From Octopus sinensis (lineage: Eukaryota): a DNA stretch of 64,000 nucleotides. The DNA lies in contig NC_043001.1 in NCBI RefSeq assembly GCF_006345805.1, forward strand, positions 104,160,001-104,224,000, given 5' to 3'. This document shows, piece by piece, positions 36,642 to 49,189 of this stretch (position 1 is the stretch's first letter; each line of letters opens with the position of its first letter). Below the pieces are notes generated by a model, which was not told the DNA's origin, made no database searches, and saw only the letters and a program-made list of their open reading frames with translations. The translations under genes were made by a program, and so were the position numbers.

Positions 36642-38810
36642 GGGAACGCGAATGGGCCCCAACTATGCGAACCTGTTCGTTGGCTATGTTGAGGCCAAAA
36701 TATTCTCTAATTTCACTGGTCCCACTCCTGAACTATATGGTCGTTACATTGACGACATTATCGGTGCCACCTCACTCTCCCGCGAACATCTAGATTCCTT
36801 CCTCTCTTTCGTCCAATCTTTCCATCCAGCCCTCCACTTCACTTCCACTATCTCCAACACCTCTGTCTCCTTCCTCGACATTTCGGTTAGCATTCTTCAC
36901 TCCACTCTTACCACCTCCATTCACTACAAACACACAGACTCACACTCATACCTCAACTTCTCTCCTCCCACCCGAACACACCAAGCTTTCCATCCCCTAT
37001 TCCAAATTCCTCCGTCTACGTAGGCTCTGTAGTGACGACCATGACTTTGAGACTCAGTCTCAACGTATGGCTCACCACTTCACCCTACGTGGATACCCCC
37101 TCACCACTATCCACACCGCTGCCAGAGCACGGTCCGTGAACCGTGTATCTGCTCTCTCTCCCCGAACCCGCCCTGTAGTCTCCCGCCCTCCCTCCCTTTT
37201 CCCCTCACTTACCACCCCACACGACCCTACGTCTCCAACGCACCATTCTCGAGCTTTCCGTCATCTCCAGTCCGACCCGTCCACTTCACACCCTTCCCTA
37301 ACCGACCCCTCCCCTCTTTCAAACGAGCCCACAACAACTTCGAGACCTTTTGGTCCATAGCTCCTTCCCTGACCCTACCTCCCAACCCGGCTCTTTCCCT
37401 GCTCCCGCCCACGTTGCCGCACTTGCACTGCCGCACTTGCCCTTACCTCTCCAACCCCACACCCGCCTCACTAGCACCCACCATCGACCCTATCCCATCA
37501 TCCACTCCTTCACCTGCACCTCCAGCAATATTATCTATTGCATCACTTGCTCTCTCTGCAATTCCTTGTACATTGGACAAACGGGACGCCGCTTGGCTGA
37601 CCTGTTCGCGGAACACCTTCGTGACATCCACCTTGCGAACGACACACCGGTCTCACGCCATTTCCGCTCCACCGGTCACTCCTTGCAACACCTATCTGTG
37701 TTCGGTTTGTCCTTACACAGAGGCCATCCGGATTCCCGTTTGCGCCGTGAACAGGAATTAATCTTCTCTCTTCGCTCTTATACGCCATTTGGTCTCAACT
37801 CTCCCCCCTCCTCATCTAACCCCCCTCTCCCCCCTCCTCATATAACCCCCCTCTCCCCCCTCCTCACCTTCCTATCCTTTCCCCCCCCGAAACCCTACTT
37901 CTTCAGTCCTTCATCTTTCACCCTACTCCCCTTCCCTTCTTTCCCTCTTTCTCTCTCCCTCTTCCCCTTCCCTCACTCCCTCTCTCTCCCCTTCTCTCTC
38001 CCCCTCTCCCTCTTTCCTCCTTCATCCCCCTCCTCCTCCCCATCCTCTCCTCTTCCCCCCTCCCCTCCCCCCTCTTCTTCTCCTCCCTTCTCTCCCCCTC
38101 TTCTCCCCTCCCCCTCTTCTCCTCACTACACCACATGACTTTACACATCACATCACATATGATGTGCCATACTAATACCACACACCAACTAATACATACT
38201 AATACGTACTAATACATACTAGTAATACTAATACATACACCAACCCTATACATACACACGTCCAGACCCCGCATACGCACTTATACTCTCTCATACACAC
38301 ACACACACACTTATACATACCAATACGTACTAATACATACTAATACATACTAATACATACACCAACCCCATACATACGCACGTCCAGACCAATCCTACGC
38401 ACTAATACTCTCTCATACACACACACACACACACACCCTTATACATACTAATACATACACCAACCCTATACATACACACATCCAGACCCCTCCTACGCAC
38501 TATTAGCTGGTCCCTCAACCCGTTTATCAACCCTATTATCTCCCCTTATTTCGCTCTCGCGTCTCATGTCTGATCTTTGACCTCTGGCCGAAATCAGATC
38601 GCCATGTTGATTCGTTAGCTACTGCACGCATTTTTTTTCTCTCTTTCTGTGTTTTTCTCTCTCTGTGTATCTTTCTGTTGAAGAGCGTAGGCTCGAAACG
38701 TTAAAGACTTGTTTTATTTATATTTCCTGAGCGCCATACTAATACAATTGTTCGTTTGTTTTCCACCTGCCTTCGTCTTTTGTTTATTTTCATAAAGCTT
38801 CCCGTTATAT
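36642..38810 (+). mobile_element. 5'-truncated Penelope-like retroelement (RT C-terminal half, GIY-YIG endonuclease, 3' region), Neptune-like
   Basis: GTRMGPNYANLFVG, RYIDDI, FLD, YKHTDSHSYL, IPYSKFLRLRRLCS, RGYP; CTSSNIIYCITCSLCNSLYIGQTGRRL...EH...PVSRHF...EQELIF.L....PFGLN; several frameshifts; tail ends in (TA)n. Confidence 0.93.
38670..38707 (+). ncRNA. Hammerhead-like motif with non-canonical CUGUUGA core in the PLE tail
   Basis: TCTTT CTGTTGA A GAGC gtag GCTC GAAA CG TT AAAGA; 5 bp stem I, 4 bp stem II, palindrome AACGTT. Confidence 0.6.
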
Positions 38811-38849
38811 ATATATATCAATGGAGTTAAACGCAGGTGTTGTTCAAAT

Positions 38850-39250
38850 TCTTTAACTTCCGACACATGTTTCGAAAATATCATTGGTATTATTCCAAAG
38901 GAATAAAATGGTGTAGGTCATTAGTTTGGCATGTCACGGTGTTGTTTGTATGGAAACTTCTTTCTGTTGTGCTTTGATGTTCACAAGAGGATATGGGTAG
39001 AGGTGAAGTTTGTCATTCTATATATTTTTCTATATGTGTTAATTGTTCTATAAGCAATTTGATTAATATATAGAGATTTTAACTCTTGTGTTTAATGGAT
39101 GTAGAGTTTGTGGGCTGTGTTTATAAATATTTCTTCAATTCTTTTTAAAATGTGGATATTTTATAATATGTTATTGTAGGCCTCTAGATATATAATACCT
39201 CACTTTTGCATAATGAATGCATAAATTCAAATTAATCATATATAGATAAG
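38850..39250 (-). mobile_element. Decayed Penelope/Poseidon-type endonuclease C-terminus
   Basis: Minus-strand KRIEE...KLLIEQLTHIEKY...QTSPLP resembles the PLE R..EH...KL.I.E.LHI...SLPL ending; weak. Confidence 0.4.
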
Positions 39251-39757
39251 TATGCATTATTTAGATAGCAATTTCAAAGATCCAGACATTATCAGAATAA
39301 TCTAGATCTAGATAAAGAGTTTTCCAAATTGGCAACACTGTCCTGTTATCAAGATCTTAGTAGGTAACTCCATGACCGGAAGTATGTCAATGATATTTAC
39401 TGGATGTTAAGATGACTGTCATATTAAATTAAATAAGTTATGATGTATCTTAGTTATCAGTAGAAACCTGCATTTGACATAGTGGGTTGTCATAAAATGA
39501 ACGTCTGTTTGAAAGTTCTCCATAGCAACAGACGTATGAGGGGACGTTTACATAAGTTTGATTGGTTATGGAAGATAGCATCAGTTAACCTCCATCTATC
39601 CATCAATACATACATGTCTGTATGTACACATATATATATATACACACACACACATACATACATACATACATACATACATACATACATACATACATACATA
39701 CATACATACATACATACATACATACATACATACATGCATGCATACATACATACATGC

Positions 39758-39792
<35 letters not shown>

Positions 39793-39990
39793 CCTTAAGT
39801 CCTTAAAAATGTTTCTGTCCGAAAGCTGCGGCCATGCTGGGGCACCACCATTGAATGAGTTATTCTTTTACTTGTTTCAGTCATTTGACTGCGGCCATGC
39901 TGGATCACCGTCTTAAAGGGTGTTAGTCGAATAAATCGATCCCAGGACTTAGTTGTTGTAAGCTTAGTACTTATTCTATCGGTACTAAGT

Positions 39991-40357
39991 CAGGTGTATG
40001 AACAACAAGCAGGTATTAGTTTGACACTCAGGAAGGTGCGAAGGTCTTTTACGTTTCGAGCCAACACTCTTCAGCAAATAGGAACACAAAGAAATAATCA
40101 GTGAGAGAATAAAAAAAATCTTGTGGATTTAGCAGATCAATCGTATAGATCACTATGATAGATTGCTAGCCATGATTTGTCGCTAGCCACTAAACCTCTT
40201 TCTATTTTCTCTGCCTGTTTATTTCTGCGTTCCTTTCTTTCGAAGAGCATAGGCTTGAAACGTAAAAGACTTTCTCACTTCCCAAGCATTAAGCTAATAC
40301 ATCTGTTTGTTGTTTATACACCTGTCTTTGTCTTTTGTTTTTTGTGTGAATTCTCGC

Positions 40358-40358
<1 letters not shown>
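39991..40358. mobile_element. Inverted pair of PLE-type tails with a hammerhead-like motif on each strand
   Basis: Minus motif at 40044-40083 and plus motif at 40232-40269; arms are reverse complements around a palindromic centre near 40150; same family as 38640-38810 and 7850-8022. Confidence 0.75.
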
Positions 40359-40389
<31 letters not shown>

Positions 40390-41220
40390 GCTTCTTTCAG
40401 TTTCCATCTACCAAATCCACTTGCAAGGTTTTTGTTGGCTCGAAGATATAGTAGAAGACACTTGCCCAAGGTGCCATGCAGTGGGACTGAACCCAGGACC
40501 ATGTGGTAGGGAATCAAGCTTCTTATCACACAGCCATGCTTGCACCTATTTTGAGTCATAAATCTGAAATCCATACATAACTACACAGGGAAATGCTTTG
40601 CTAGATTGTACGCCTGCTGAGGGAATTCCATAGACAAACAGTAAACTTATGCTGCATCATAAGTTATATGGTTTTCCTTAAGAAATTACTGAGCATTGCC
40701 TTGACTAACAGAAAACCATCCAAAAAGCAGTCATTCTGCTAAAATTCAATAATGTAAACCTAGACACATTATGTATCAAGGAAATTTTTACTTATGTTCA
40801 AAATTATTCTTATTACTTGATCCAAACTACAAGTTGATCCTAAAAAAAGGGCAGAATATGGTTTAAAGAATTCGACTTTGCAACAGAAAGAAAAAGTGAT
40901 TCTGGTTATCAAACCATAATTTAAAAAATGATAAATTTGGGGTTTCACCTCATTAATTCTAAGGGTGGAATATTGTCCATAAATAGAAAATAACATTTAA
41001 AAATCTTAAATACCAAACTTGTTTTGGGCACAATTAATTTGAAATGTAGTAGCAGCTTGCTTATTGCTGGAAACAATGATCTGGGTTACTTTGAATGGTG
41101 TTAAAAGTGACCCCGCTGGATAATAATCAAAGTTGGGGTGGGGGCATGTCATGTTATACAAGTTTTTACAAAAGTACCAACGTTATAAAAACACTTCTAT
41201 AGAAAATTATTAACTAGTTA

Positions 41221-41631
41221 GATAGGGGCAGGAGTGGCTGTGTGGTAAGTAGCTTGTTTACCAACCACATAGTTCCGGGTTCAGTCCCACTGCATGGCAC
41301 CTTGGGCAAGTGTCTTCTACTATAGCCTTGGGCCGACCAAAGCCTTGTGAGTGGATTTGGTAGACGGAAACTGAAAGAAGCCCGTCGTATATATGTATAT
41401 ATATATATATGCATGTGTGTGTTTGTGTGTCTGTGTTTGTCCCCTCGCATTGCTTGACAACCGATGCTGGTGTGTTTATGTCCCCGTTACTTAGCGGTTC
41501 GGCAAAAGAAACCAATAGAATAAGTACTGGGCTTACAAAAGAATAAGCCCTGGGGTCGAGTTGCTTGATTAAAGGCGGTGCTCCAGCATGGCCACAGTCA
41601 AATGACTGAAACAAGTAAAAGAGTAAAAGAG
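41221..41631 (+). mobile_element. SINE family A, full length with TSD
   Basis: Complete head to GAGTAAAAGAG tail; TAGTTA at 41215-41220 and 41632-41637. Confidence 0.9.
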
Positions 41632-43281
41632 TAGTTATATTAACATCACATTTTAACAAAAGCTTGTATCTTTTATGCTTTAGCTACTGACAAAAATATT
41701 CATATATCTGGCAAAAATGTTTGTTTTACTGGAATTTGAAGAAGTTGACAAATTCTTTCTTTGAGTGGATAATCAAAGTTATATTTACAAATTTTACTTT
41801 ATGTATTGAAATTATATTATCATAGAAATATAATTCTAAAGTTTAACAACTCATTTAGACAATTCTGTAAGAAATTTTAGTAACAAGCAATAAGAGGAAA
41901 CAAAATATTATATTTTATTCATGGTAACCCCATTCCACGGTACGTGATTAACTGAAAACAATGGTTTCCTTTCCCATTTGAAGCCATTTCATTTCTGTGG
42001 GGTTGAGGTAGGCTGGAAGTTGCCTCTTTTGCTTTGAGGTTGTTGCTCGGGATGGCCTTGGTGACTGCATGAGTTGAGGGAATTTGCTGTTAGGTTCTGT
42101 GGACCTTATGGAGGCAGTGACAGGTGACCAAGACCCTTGACGATATACTGTGTATGTGCTGACCTGTCAAGCCAAGTTGTGGCTAATGCTTGGGTCATAT
42201 CAATGGCACCCATGCCAGTGGCACATAAAGAGCACCTGCTACAATCTAAGAGTGGTTGGCATTAGGAAGGGCATCCAGCTGTAGAATCCTCACCAAATCA
42301 GATTCGAACCTGGTGCAGCTGCTCCGGCTTACAGGTTTTCGGTCAAACCATCCAACTCATGCCAGCATGGAAAGCAGTCTTTAAATGATGATGATGATGA
42401 TGATGATGATGACAAATGTGAATAAATAAGTATTGCATTTGACAGAATAATCTGAATGCTGAAGGATTAAACAACAATAATCCTTTCTATTCCAAGTAAA
42501 AAGCCTGAAATTTTAAGGGGAGGGGGCTAGCTGGATACATCAACCCTAGAGCTCAAATGGAACTTATTTCATCAACCCCACAAAGATGTATGGCAAAGTC
42601 AACCTCAGCAGAATTTGAACTCAGAACAACAATAATTACTATCTACCAAGATTGCATGTTCTCTGTCATATGATGCTTATAATCAAAGCTTCAAAGAGTA
42701 ACAACTTCAGAGAAATTGTGGGGCTGAGGTGGACCAGAAGTATGAGGTCAGCGACATCACACAAATGACTAAAATAGGGGAAAATGGGGAAAAAAGGTGT
42801 GATTCACCTCCCTTGCAGGTCCTCTCATAACATCAATCCTTTCCAGCCAGGACATACCTGTAAGAAGCCAACCCCCTTAAACCTCTGGTCAGAACCTAAC
42901 AACAAATTCCTTCAACTCATGCAGTCACCAAGGCCATCCTGAGAAACAGCCTCAAAGCAAAAGAGGCCCACACTAGTCATCCTTCTGCTCACATGACCTC
43001 CTCTGTCACTCCTCCCTTCCCAGCAAGGCCCTCAGCCATTTATGTGATATCACTGCCCCCTATACTTCCAACCCACCTCAACCCAACAGAAATGAAATGG
43101 CTTCAAACGGGAAAGGAAACCAAATCACAGACTCAGTTTAGCATGAGGTTCATAAAATTAAATGCGAATTGGTTTTTGTTTAATCACCAACTTTCCTTGA
43201 TTCCATTATGGAAGTCATTATTGCCATTAAGTTATTGATTGAAGAAGCCGATGATCCATGGCCGTCTCATCCTTTTATATA

Positions 43282-43653
43282 TTGTGTTAAGTCAAAAGTT
43301 TTGCCACATTTTAGTAATTTATTTGCTTTTTTCCATCAAGTCACAACAAAAGCAGCCTAGCATTCAAAGTAGAGGCCATCGTGTCGCATCATCTGAAGCC
43401 ACTTTTCTGCCAGTTCTTTGATTCCATGCTGATACCAGTTCTTGCTGTTTGGGTCAAAGAACTCCTTCACTGAAGCTTCCAACTCCTGAAGTGAGACATG
43501 ATTTGGAACAAGTATCAAAGAACTGACAGAAAAATGTCTTCAGGCGGTGCCACATGATGGCCTCTACTTTGGATGTTAGACTGCTTTTGTTATTACTTGA
43601 CAAATAAAGAAACTATGTTACCAAAATACTGCAAAACTTTTCAGTCAACACAA
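43282..43653. mobile_element. Mariner-derived MITE made of two inverted 3' ends
   Basis: TA|TTGTGTTAAGTCAAAAGTTTTGC ... GCAAAACTTTTCAGTCAACACAA|TA; left arm (minus) encodes KEFFD...WYQHGIKELAEKW...DGLYFEC*, right arm (plus) a shorter copy of the same C-terminus. Confidence 0.8.
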
Positions 43654-44246
43654 TATCTGCAACTTCATCATTGAAGTATCATTTCTGTTTTAAGATAGAG
43701 GGTATGATTTAGAGGAAATTGGTTGCTATTTCTGGCAGGGTGTATGACTGCATGGAGATACCCTTGTTAGCTCATATCATTAGCAGAGAATTGTAGCATA
43801 ATGGTTGGTGAAGCAGCCTAATAAATGAGAAAATATAACTGCAAAATTATTATTAAATTCATATTTAATTGAATTAGCAAAATATTCTTCAAGGACTTGA
43901 AAATATACAATAACTAATGTTTTTCAACAGTTCCACTTTAAATATTTTATTAAACACTCTTTGTTTTCATTTATTACCATCTTAAATAAAATGTTGGCTT
44001 TATTTGTACACTTAAATTGAATTTTATTTGAATTTATTAATGTTCCAAAACTGTATGACAAAAAATGTTGGTACAAATATGAAAAATCTATCTGAAATCT
44101 CTTAAAACTCTACTCTCATCACAACAAATGCCAATTATGGTAATATCTGAGTTAGGCACAAAATTTTCACTTTGTAACCATACGGTTCCAGGTTCAGCAA
44201 CCCCGAGAGATGGTAATGGTGAACCGGTGCATCATTACCATTTCTT

Positions 44247-44461
44247 GGATCATTGCTCTTTGTTTTCCTTTGGTGCACATTGCGAGTGGAGCAGCCATGC
44301 TTACACTGTAAAGCCAGAAAGAAAAATGGCATGATCAGGCTCAGACTTCGATCATGTGACCACAATAGTACCAACTATAAACATGCATGCACAGAAGGCA
44401 GTGTGACAATAATAAAGATAAGCTATGGCAAAAGTGCGGATAATTTTTTTACTTCCCCTTG
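44247..44461 (-). mobile_element. Mariner 5' end fragment
   Basis: TIR TA|CAAGGGGAAGTAAAAAAATTATCCGC and transposase start MAAPLAMCTKGKQRAMI at 44298. Confidence 0.7.
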
Positions 44462-44959
44462 TATATATACATGACAAGCTTCTGTCAGTTTCTGTCTACC
44501 AAATCCATTCACAAGGCTTTGATTAGCCCAAGGCTATAGTACAGGACACTTGCCCAAGGTTCCACACAATGAGACTGAACCCAGAACCATGTGGTTGGGA
44601 AGCAAATTTCTCCCCACACACTCACACCTGCCCCTATATTTATTAAATTAAAATTTCATCTTTAAAATGGACAGTCTCAATATTTATCAGATGCTGATTA
44701 ATGGAATTACCATTTTATTTCTCTGTTTCGCCACATAAACTTGTCTTCAATAATTGAATTTGGTAATCATTTTTCTCACAAATAAGATTGTTTGGACAAA
44801 TCAGATTTATTATATACACACCAACATGAATCATCCCACCAAACCAAATTGAGATTTTTAAATAGATAAAAAGTTTTATATGGTATTGTTATATTTGGGG
44901 AGGGTCATTTAGCCAAAAAGCAAATATGCTGATTATTTAACCTTCAATTTGGTTTTATA

Positions 44960-45053
44960 GTGTCTTTGGGAAATTTCGAAATTGGGTTCTCATTCCTAAG
45001 GTATTTATCGATGTTATCATTATTATTTATGATGATGATGATGATGATGATTA

Positions 45054-45106
<53 letters not shown>

Positions 45107-45206
45107 TATTATTATTATTCAGGTCACTGCCTGGAATCAAACTCGAAATGTTGGGGTTAGTAGCTCTGCGCTCTTAACCACTACACCATATGCCTGTAGG
45201 CATATG
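44960..45206 (-). mobile_element. Third copy of the hammerhead-SINE family, truncated just before the ribozyme
   Basis: tRNA head, (AAT)n linker and ATACCTTAGGAATGAGAACCCAATTTCGAAATTTCCCAAAGACAC, then unrelated sequence; 5' hairpin CATATGCC tgt AGGCATATG. Confidence 0.8.
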
Positions 45207-45393
45207 TTGTTTTGAATTTGCTGCAGAAAATGGTCTCTGTCTGTGATGGTGAGTGGGAGTAGCCACTAGAAATGTGGCCTTGGAACCAAGTGAGTGGCAG
45301 CCTGAAAAAGTTTGGGAACCACTGATAACACTTTCATTTGATATTTACCAAAATCTCAGCAGACAGGAGGTTGTCTTTTCTAAGAATGTTATA

Positions 45394-45600
45394 CAGGGTG
45401 TTCAAAATGTCTCTCCTCAGTGTTTTTTTTTCATCTTGCCCATCGCCATTGCACTACTTAAAACGTTTCTTGGTGAACGGATTATCTCGAAGGGACTTTG
45501 GCCATCAAGATTACTTGGTTTAACATCACCAGACTTTTTTGTCAGGGGAGCAAGTAAAGGATCAGTGTACAAGAATCACACGAAGACCATTAAATACTTA
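45394..45600 (+). mobile_element. Tc1/mariner-superfamily deletion fragment
   Basis: TA|CAGGGTGTTCAAAA start; GERIISKGLWPSR...LTSPDFF..G..K..VYKN resembles the WPxRSPDLTPxDFFLWGxLK region. Confidence 0.65.
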
Positions 45601-46273
45601 CTGCAGAGAGACTTTTTAAACAACCTGTCATAGATATTTCATAGTTATTTATCTTTTAACTTTTATTTGTTTCAGTCAATTAACTGTGGCTATGCTGGGG
45701 CAACACCTTCAGTTTTTAGCTGAATGAATCGACCCCAGTACTTATTCTTTTTTTTTTTTTAATCCCGGTATTCATTCTGTCTCTCCTTTTTAACAAACTG
45801 CTAGGTTGTGAGGATGTAAACACACCAACACCGTTTGTCAAGTGGTGATAAGGGGTGGACAAACATCATCATCATCATCATCATTTAATGTTTGTTGTCC
45901 ATGCTGGCATGGGTTGGACGGTTTGACCAGGGCTGTCAAGCTGGAAGGCTACACCAGCATCCAGTCTGACTTGGCATGGTTTTCTATGGCTGGATGCTCT
46001 TCCTGACGCCAACCACTCTGAGAGTGTGATGGTTGCTTTTGTGTGCCACTGGCATGAGTTCCATTTGTGTGACGCCAGTATCTGTCATGACTGCAATTTT
46101 GCTCAGCTTGATGAGTCTTCTTCTCAAGCACAACATAATGCCAAAGGTCTTGGTCATTGCTTCTGTGAGGCCCAACACTCAAAAGGAGCTCAGCCACTTT
46201 GCATCCATGAAGCCCAATGCTCAAAAGGAACACAGCCATTTTACCTCCATGAGGTCCAAACCCAGACACAAAG

Positions 46274-46321
<48 letters not shown>

Positions 46322-47121
46322 ACACATACAACATCCTTCTTTCTGTTTCAATCAACCAAATTCATTCATAAGGCTTTGACTGACCCAATGATATAGTAAA
46401 AGACACTTGCCCAAAGCACCACACAATAGAACTGAACCCAGATCCACGTGGTTGGGAGGCAAGCTTCTTACCACATATAAAAATTATATGACCAATTTAC
46501 ATACAAAATAAAATATTCTGCCAGCCCTGAAAATTATTGATCTTTCACACCCATTGCTTTTCTTCTCTCTGAAGACAATTTCTTTTCGCTGAATGACCGT
46601 TTCTCATTCAAGAAGACTGTTTTTATTGTTTAACTTTTACTTCTGTCAGTTGTTGGACTGTGGTCATGCTGGGGCACCACCTCGAAAAATTTAGAAGAAC
46701 AAATTGCCCCTTGCTCTTACTGTTAAGCCCAGTACATATTCTAGCAGCCTCTTTCTGCCAAACTGCTAAGTTATGTGGACATAAATAAACCAACACCAGT
46801 TGTGAAGCAGGTGGTGGGGATACACAAACACACAAACACACACACACACACACATATATATAAAACCATCAAGTCAGGTGGTATGAGAGGTGAATATATG
46901 TTTAACCATGGGACTTCCATAAGATTACAGCTGTTTTGCAATAGAACGTCTTTTATTCTTTTGCTTGTTTCAGGCATTTGACTGTCACCATGCTGGAACA
47001 CTGCCTTTAGTCAAACAAATCATTCCATCAGTCTTTTTTGCTGAACCACTAAGCTACAGTGACTTGAACACACCAACATCAGTTATCAAGTGATGGTGGA
47101 GAGACAAACACAGACATACAA

Positions 47122-47229
<108 letters not shown>

Positions 47230-47258
47230 CTGTATGTATGTGTATATATATATATATA

Positions 47259-47613
<355 letters not shown>

Positions 47614-48279
47614 GGGTTTTTTCAGTTTCTGTCTGCCAAATCCATTCACAAGGCTTTGGTCACCCCAAAGCTATAGTAGAAGACACTTTCCCAAGGTGCC
47701 ATACAGTGGATCTGAACCTGGAACCATGTGGTTAGAAAGCAAGATTCTTACCACACAGCCATGCCTGAGCCTATAATACATATGTGTGTGTGTGTGTATG
47801 TATATGCATGTATATGTATATATATGTATATAAATGTATATACATAGATACGTGCATACATACATACACACATACATATGTGTACGATGTGCTTCTTTCA
47901 ACTTACATCTACCAAATCCACTCACAAGATTTGGTCATTCCAGAGCTATAGTAGAAGACATTTGCCTAAGCTGTCTTGGAGCAGTATTGAACCTGGAACT
48001 ATGTGGTTGGAGCCATACCACTTTAAATTTTAAGCAGAAATACACTGTAAACTGTGAGAGTTAACCACTGTCATAATGTGTAGTGTCTATACAAGGAATT
48101 TCTGCTTTCCTATCCGTGTTCATTACATGTAAATAAGGAGCACCGGAACCAGAAAAAGAAACTGGAAAAGAAGGACAGAGATGCTAGCAGTAAAGAAAAA
48201 AAATAAAAAGTAGAGACTGAGAGAAGAAAATAAAAATGGAAAATTAGATGTGGCAACTCTGGAATCCCAATGTGAAGAA

Positions 48280-48620
48280 AAGCAATTTGGAAAAGGATAT
48301 GCTGTAATGCTGTTACGAAATTTTAATAAGGTTAATGGACTTTGCAATGGAAGAAAAATTTCAATCACCAATTTCTATGAATGCATGAGTGAAAACGATA
48401 TTGTAACTAAAGGGGAACATTCTGGAAAACAAGTCATTGTACCAAGAATTAAACTGGAATCTTCTCTCACCACTCAGCCATTCCCCACCCTTATGTGTTT
48501 GCAGTTTCCAGTTCAATAAAACTCGGTGCTAGTCATGGAGCAAATTCGCTTCATTCTTCCCAGTTGATCCATTTTCACATGGATAATTGTACAGAATTCT
48601 GTCAGGAAATAAAAAGGGTG
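48280..48620 (+). mobile_element. Helitron Pif1-like helicase fragment
   Basis: VMLLRN....GLCNG...GEHSGKQVIVPRIKL....PF....LQFPV. Confidence 0.85.
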
Positions 48621-49189
48621 AAGCAAGTATAGTGACAGTGCAGCGAAAAAAGGAGCCCAACATTGGGTTTCTTATGGAAAGCTTTTGGTGTTAATATTTT
48701 CTTCTTAACTTTTATATTATCCAGATAAATTTGTATGCTTTTGTATTTCTGTTTTACCTTACATGTTTATCATCATTTTCCATCATCATCATCATCATCA
48801 TCAATAATGATAACAGCTGCTGCCAAGCAAAGCTAGAATGATTATATTCACATTCATTATATTAAGGTTGTGTGTCAGGAGAGAAAGGCAAACTTATGTA
48901 TCTTGGTAAGATGACAATATGGAAATGTGAGTGAATTTATGTTGTAAAAGTTAAATTCTATGACTATTGCTCTGGTCGATCTATAGCCCAGGAGCAGTAA
49001 ACAGTTCTCATTCAAAAACAGGCAACAATTTTTGTGGCCTGCTTTTTCTTTCTGTTATAGTCAGGAATCTGTTTTGTTTGAAGAAGGAAGTGTAGATGTG
49101 AGGGCAACCCTATGGTTGCTGCAGATGAGTGTGTTTCCTTTCCATTCTTAGAGAGGGGTAGATGATGAGTCCAGTAATTTAGGGGTCAC

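Noticed and set aside
37800-38138. Pro/Ser-rich C-terminal extension of ORF 37350-38138
   Set aside because: Read-through of a stop-free pyrimidine tract after the natural end of the GIY-YIG domain
38830-38900. Hammerhead in the decayed minus-strand PLE tail (GAAACATGTGTC)
   Set aside because: The GAAA side and stem I are suggestive but the CUGANGA core is not recognisable
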